Assembly: GCA_963775425.1 (NCBI GenBank)
Contig: CAVZJB010000011.1
Location: 992,001-1,056,000, forward strand
Direction: 5' to 3'
DNA from: an uncultured delta proteobacterium
GTDB lineage: Bacteria > Myxococcota > UBA727 > VGSZ01
DNA length: 64,000 nucleotides
A program made the position numbers and the translations under genes. The notes below the pieces were generated by a model. That model did no database searches. It saw only the letters and a list, made by a program, of their open reading frames with translations, and was not told the DNA's origin. Shown here piece after piece: positions 59,901 through 64,000 of this stretch. Each line of letters starts with the position of its first letter. Positions within the stretch are counted from its first letter, which is position 1.

Positions 59901-61190
59901 GGTGACGCGCAGCAGGTAGCAGGCGTCGGCGTTCGTCGCGCACTGCGCGGGATCGCTGACGGTGGTGCGCGCGCTCGGTGTGACGCGCACCTGGGCGGTG
60001 TCGGCGCCGTCGAGGGCGGCGTCGGCGCCCGCGGGGGCGTGCACGAGCGACCACAGGAACGAGACCGGGTCGCCGTCGATGTCGACGGCGGAGGCCACCA
60101 CCGACACGGCGCTGCCCGCCACCGTGCTCGCGACGTCCGGCGCGGTGAGCACGGGAGGGCTGTCGTCCACGGCGACGGTGACGCTGGCGTCGGCGCTCAC
60201 GCCGTCGGTGTCGGTGACGACGAGCCCCACGGTGTAGACGCCGGGCCGCTGCGCCGTGAAGCCGGTCTGTTCGGCCTCGGGGGCGTCGAGCTGGGCGACG
60301 CCCGCGGCAGGCCCGACCGGATCGTGCCAGGACAACGTGAGCGCGTCGCCGTCGGGATCGCTCGAGCCCGCGGCCGACAGCGTGACGACGTCGCCGCTGT
60401 GCACGCGCACGCCGGCGGCGGACGCGGAGCTCACGGCGACGGCGACGGGGGCGCGGTTTTCGGCCGTGAGCGTGAGGCGCGCGGGCGCGCTTTGCAGGTC
60501 GCCGTCGTCGACGACGAGCTCCACGGCGTAGGTGCCCTTGTGGTCCGGCGTGAACGCCACGGCGGACGCGGCGGCGTCGTCGAAGCAGGCGCTGCCGTCG
60601 CCGGCGGCGCAGGCGGAGCCGGCGGGCGCGGAGGCGGCGCGCCAGGAAAACGCGAGGGTGGACCCGGGCTCGTCGTCGGCCGAGCCGATGAGCGCGGCCG
60701 CGACGTGATCGGGCGTGGAGGCGGGGCCGCTGACGGCGGCCACGGGCGCGGCGTTCACGTGCACGTCGACGAGCGCGGGCGCGCTCTCGTCGGTGCCGTC
60801 GTCGACGACGAGCTGCACGAAGATGTGCCCGCCCGTGGCCGGCGCCACGAAGCTCGCCTTGGCCTCCGAGGCGTCCGTGATGGCGACGACGCTGCCGCCG
60901 GCCGCCGACCACTGGAAGGTGAGCGTGTCGCCGTCGGGGTCGACGGAGCCGCTGCCGTCGAGGGCGACGACGTCGCCGGCGTGGGCCTCGAGGTTGGCGG
61001 CGGCCGTCTTGGCGATGGGCGCCTGGTTGGGCTGCGCCTCGGCGGCCAGCCGCGGACAGCCCGCGCCGAGCGCGACCAGCGCGACGAGGCCCGCGACCGC
61101 GGCCGCGCCGAGGGGCGCGCCCGGCGCGGCCGGCGACGGAGCGCGGCGCGAAGCTTCGAAGTGCGGCGATGGGGAGGGCGAAGTGCGCAT
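56952..61190 (-). CDS. Giant surface lipoprotein with about nine PKD/Ig-like repeats and a C-terminal beta-helix-like region
   Basis: GAGC lipobox; repeated N.AP..LDGS.S.DPDGD.L...W...L.V.DG; CGSVAAPCLTF; C-terminal TDLDGDPR...FDVGFDE. Confidence 0.85.
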   Translation of the reverse strand: MRTSPSPSPHFEASRRAPSPAAPGAPLGAAAVAGLVALVALGAGCPRLAAEAQPNQAPIAKTAAANLEAHAGDVVALDGSGSVDPDGDTLTFQWSAAGGSVVAITDASEAKASFVAPATGGHIFVQLVVDDGTDESAPALVDVHVNAAPVAAVSGPASTPDHVAAALIGSADDEPGSTLAFSWRAASAPAGSACAAGDGSACFDDAAASAVAFTPDHKGTYAVELVVDDGDLQSAPARLTLTAENRAPVAVAVSSASAAGVRVHSGDVVTLSAAGSSDPDGDALTLSWHDPVGPAAGVAQLDAPEAEQTGFTAQRPGVYTVGLVVTDTDGVSADASVTVAVDDSPPVLTAPDVASTVAGSAVSVVASAVDIDGDPVSFLWSLVHAPAGADAALDGADTAQVRVTPSARTTVSDPAQCATNADACYLLRVTAGDGALVASADVFLVATDRAPTVTVVTPSPLAATAGAASALSAAADDADGDGVTLSWRVADATPGGEACLASPDACLSGAATATPLFTAPVPGTYLVEVTVADVDAANNALGGTATASLVVEAAAGPPPENVRPVAVISVDAAQIASGGTVQLDGSASTDPDTAGGAGVNADGIASFSWSVIDGPAGGVSIFSPASADVEAPALTLRGRGAWTVQLVVTDGDGATGAPATVSIGVDNAAPTVDTVTADGADAAAGVAVQNGTAVALQAFASDVDPFDVAGLTFQWQIVDAPAGGGGVLTGGATATPTFTPTEKTAVTDPALCTAGACYVLQVTVSDGLDTGSATVTVTSANRAPVADAGADQPDAVETVALDGSASFDPDGDAIDPASFVWTQTQGPDVTGGAGALSGAFVTFQAPVAGAYAFSLTVSDGQDTSAPDVVTVVVDFVDQPPVVSAPVSTFTAVAGDDFALHVDASDPDFDNVGVAWTLTAGDAALFPATLSGTDPAPTAPSLKALLDDTRGDGGDNSATYEVVATDPRGKTSPPVSVTLFVLPGAEHIVVAPDDAGATDDPACGSVAAPCLTFENAFALADAQARDLVAVGGAFTETPAPPAAPGPATLALRRTLWGGRNPATFARVAGAPTSITCADGGAGTGDVTCVTLDAAADDTVLVDDASFAVDPAVPGAQVALHCDGCAATFTDVDLAAGLAAPDAGPASATALIIDGTAAPIFFGGSMAVTGTCDPVGVSVGAGADVEASDLVVTADFTRTDCVKASASAVRVRAGAFTGARLDAAVTTGVALGGAALDLDLDGALELDDSRVAVDSGDGLGIVDGAAVITRSTLGSTGALGAADGAGLRTDAAAVSASATLELTVVTGFAAAAVLDDGGDGVDLTTCAVADAVAGASTCAGVAFDPVDPSTCSAVGLDDAFGRACLFTADFHLVDDVANACIDAEDAAGATATDLDGDPRPDAASGLFDVGFDEL

Positions 61191-61223
61191 GATCGATCTC
61201 ATGTTGTATCGTGCTCGACGTCG

Positions 61224-62463
61224 ATGCGACAAAACGCGGCACTCGTAGGACCCATTGCGGGTCTCATCGTCTTGTCCTTCTGCCCCGGCGCGCGCGCCGC
61301 CGCGTCGGCCACCTGTACGCTCAGCGGATCCCTCCGGGTCGCCACCGAGGCGCCGTTCGGCCCCAAGCGCACTGTGTGGAGGACGCTGCCCAAGGGCGCG
61401 CACGTCGAGGTCACCGACCAGGATCAGCTCGAGGTGCGCGTCGAGTCGGGGCGCGTGAAGGGCCACGTGCGCGCGGAGGTGTTGGAGGCCGTCTGCTCGC
61501 TCAGCATCGAGCCGCTCGATGCGCCCGCGCCCGCGCCCGCGCCTGCGCCGCCGCCGCCGCCGCCGCCGCGCCCACTTCGCCGATCGCGCGCGCGTGGTGG
61601 TGCTCGGCCTCGCCGCGGCGGGCCTCGACCCTGCCGCCCAGCGCGCCGCCGACGCCGCGCTCCTGTTCGAGGCCCGGCGCGACGCGCACATTGACGTCGT
61701 CGGGCCCGCCGACGCCGGCGCCGTCATCGACGCGGCAGCGCTCGAGAAGGCGCGGTCTTGCGAGGAGGTCGCGTGCGTCAAGCCCGCGGCCTCCGCGTTC
61801 GGCGCGCATCAGGTGCTCACGGCCGCGCTCCACGAGGGGCAGCTCACCATGACGCTCCTCGACGTCGTCAACGACAAGGTCAGAAACCGCGTGGTGCGCG
61901 CCGCCAAGGGCAATCTCGACGCCGCGGTGCGCTCGTCGACGGCGGCGGTCTACGGGGTGGCCGGCCACCTGCGCTTGTCGGAGCAGCCCGCCGGCGCCGA
62001 GGTCCTCGTCGACGGTGTCCCCGCGGGGCTCGCCCCGGTCGCCGACATCGCCGTCGAAAAGCCCGGCCCCCACGTCGTCAGCGTGCGGGGCGCCGGCCTC
62101 GTCCCCTTCGAAGAGACCGTCGAGGTCCGCGGGGGGGCCGACGTCGACGTCATCGTGCGCTCGGCCTCCGTCGCGTCCCTCGAGGACGAGCAGGTGTGGT
62201 GGCGCATCGGGGCCGGAGCCCTCGGCGCCGCGGGCGTCGTGGCGGCCGGCGGCGCGGGCGCGTTCTACGCGAGCGCCCTCGCGAGTGATCAGCGGCTCGA
62301 CAGCGTCGGGCGCAAGGCGTCGCAGGCGCAGCTCGACGCCATCACGAGCGAGACCGCGGCCGACGTCACCACCGCCGTCATCCTCGGGGCCGCGTCCGCC
62401 GTCCTCCTCGGGGGCGGCGCCGCCGCGTGGTTCCTGAACCCGGCGACGACGTCCTTGCCGTAG
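61224..62463 (+). pseudogene. SH3-like plus PEGA-domain membrane protein, frameshifted just after a (CCG)n tract near 61570
   Basis: Signal peptide and TLPKG..VEV...KGHV SH3-like pattern in one frame; VVVLGL..C..VAC..PAGAEVLVDG (PEGA) and TM helices in the next frame. Confidence 0.65.
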
Positions 62464-62495
62464 CGCCGGAGCGCCGGCGCTTCAGCTCGTCACGC

Positions 62496-63578
62496 TCAGC
62501 GTCCCGCGGCCTCGGCCGGCGCTTCGGCGTCGGCGGGCGCGGCGCCTTCGGCGGGTTGGTCGCCGGTGGCGAGGACGACGCCCGTGCCGATGAGCAGCGC
62601 CCCCACGCCGACCGCGGCGATGCCACCGCCGATCCAGGCGCTCGAGTCGGACTCAAATGGCCCGCGTCCCCCCCCTTGCGAGTAGATGCCGAACAGGAGC
62701 GGCACGTTGGGCACGCAGCTGTCCGCGTTGTCCTTGCCGCAGGGGATGCGGTTGAAGAAGCGGTCGTAGATGGCGGCGCCGGCGAAGACGCTGCTCACCG
62801 CGGCGATGACGCCGCCGCCCGCGGCGAGCGACCAACCGACGACGCTCGTGTCCGGTGCTTGCGGCGCCGCGGTCGGCGGCAAGGCCGGCTCGGTCTTCAC
62901 GACGTGATCGGGCTCTCCCACCGTGGGCGTCACCCCCACCGCGGGGCCCGCCGCCGACAGCGGCACGATCTCCGACGTCAACACGCCCGGCTTCACCTTG
63001 ATGGTCTTGGTGTAGGGCGCGCGGCCCTCCGCGGACACGATGAGCCTGTGCTCACCCGCGTCGACGAGCTCCTTCCATGGGGTCTTGCCCCTGGCGGCCC
63101 CGTCGAGGCTGACGTCGGCGCCGGGGACGTCGCTGTCGACGAGCAGGTAGCCGGAGCGCTGCGCCTTCTGGTTCTTGACGAAGTCCTTGGCGAACTCGAG
63201 GTCCTTGTCGGTCCGCCCCGGCAGCTCGAGCCGCTCCTCGCTGCCCAGGTTGGCGCCGTTGGACTTCACCGCCTGCACGATGAGCACGACCCCCGGGTCC
63301 TTGGCCTCGACGTCGATGACGAGGGCGACGGCGGCGCCGGTCATGGCCGCGATCTGGCCGGCGCACTGGTGCGTCCAGCCGGAGCAGCCGAGGGCGAGCT
63401 GGGCCTCGTCGAGCGTCACCGCCGGCGGCGGCGCCCACGAGCCCCCCTGCTTGTTCAGCTCCGCCGCTTCCCGCAGAGACTGCCGCCAGGAGGAAGGGAC
63501 GTCGCCGGTGGTGTGAACCAGGGCGACCCACTTCGACGGGGCGCCGGACAGCGCAAGCATGACCACCAGCGGAAGCAT
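62496..63578 (-). CDS. PEGA domain protein with C-terminal TM helices
   Basis: VDSDVPGADVSLDG..GKTP..GEHRL..EG..PY; LGC....CA.QI motif. Confidence 0.8.
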   Translation of the reverse strand: MLPLVVMLALSGAPSKWVALVHTTGDVPSSWRQSLREAAELNKQGGSWAPPPAVTLDEAQLALGCSGWTHQCAGQIAAMTGAAVALVIDVEAKDPGVVLIVQAVKSNGANLGSEERLELPGRTDKDLEFAKDFVKNQKAQRSGYLLVDSDVPGADVSLDGAARGKTPWKELVDAGEHRLIVSAEGRAPYTKTIKVKPGVLTSEIVPLSAAGPAVGVTPTVGEPDHVVKTEPALPPTAAPQAPDTSVVGWSLAAGGGVIAAVSSVFAGAAIYDRFFNRIPCGKDNADSCVPNVPLLFGIYSQGGGRGPFESDSSAWIGGGIAAVGVGALLIGTGVVLATGDQPAEGAAPADAEAPAEAAGR

Positions 63579-63591
63579 CGGCCGCAGTGTG

Positions 63592-64000
63592 TCACAACCG
63601 TCCCGCGAGGGGCCACACCTGGACCGGCTCGAAGCCGAGGCGGTCGCAGGCGATGAGGCGATACACGACGCCGTTCCGCTCCCCCTCGAAGGCGGTCTTG
63701 TGGGCGCGGGCCCCGTGGAGGTGGCCGTAGACGCACAGCTTGACGCCGTGCTCCTCGATGAGCCGGGAGTACGCCGTGTCCTTCTGCGCGCGATCGAACG
63801 GGGGGTAGTGGATGGCGGCGATGAGCGGGCGCTCCCCGGCGAGGGCCCGGCCCGCCTCGAGAGAGCTCTTCAGGCGTCCGACCTCGCGAAGGTAGATCTT
63901 GTCGTCGGCGGCGTCGAAGTCGAGGGCGCCGGGGCACGCCCACAGCCGGCTCCCGGCGACCACGACGTCGCCCAGGTCCACGGCGTCGTTCTGGAGCGCG
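63592..64000 (-). CDS. Calcineurin-like metallophosphoesterase; 5' part outside the window
   Basis: GSRLW, IYLRE..RL..SL, HYPP, CVYGHLHG. Confidence 0.8.
   Translation of the reverse strand, partial: ALQNDAVDLGDVVVAGSRLWACPGALDFDAADDKIYLREVGRLKSSLEAGRALAGERPLIAAIHYPPFDRAQKDTAYSRLIEEHGVKLCVYGHLHGARAHKTAFEGERNGVVYRLIACDRLGFEPVQVWPLAGRL

Overview
Very GC-rich chromosomal window with dense, mostly translationally coupled genes. It is most consistent with a Myxococcota (myxobacteria-like) organism: MYXO-CTERM-type tails, Myxococcus Cys-rich repeats, PEGA proteins, Hanks kinases and a DUF1592/DUF1552 pair. Core genes: mutL-miaA, a hisC-cmk fusion, murI, rsgA-cysK-cysE, HU, a CbpA/DnaJ-type co-chaperone, RidA and an ABC1/UbiB kinase. 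They are interspersed with secreted or surface proteins (metalloproteases, PKD proteins, a giant Ig-repeat lipoprotein). I saw no rRNA, tRNA, CRISPR array or intact IS. Main leads: (1) a coupled operon of a B12-dependent radical SAM enzyme, two paralogous lipoproteins with shared leader and Cys motifs, and an HExxH peptidase, head-to-head with a caspase-fold/methyltransferase fusion and murI; (2) a RAYT/IS200-like Y1 protein with its HUH histidines and catalytic Tyr replaced but an intact ORF and HTH; (3) a remodelled Opp system with an SH3-inserted, shortened OppA, a Cys-rich lipoprotein and one degenerate ATPase; (4) a HisC-Cmk fusion and a minimal MiaA; (5) a structured non-coding region at 7.23-7.91 kb. 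All calls come from motif reading by eye; no searches were run.
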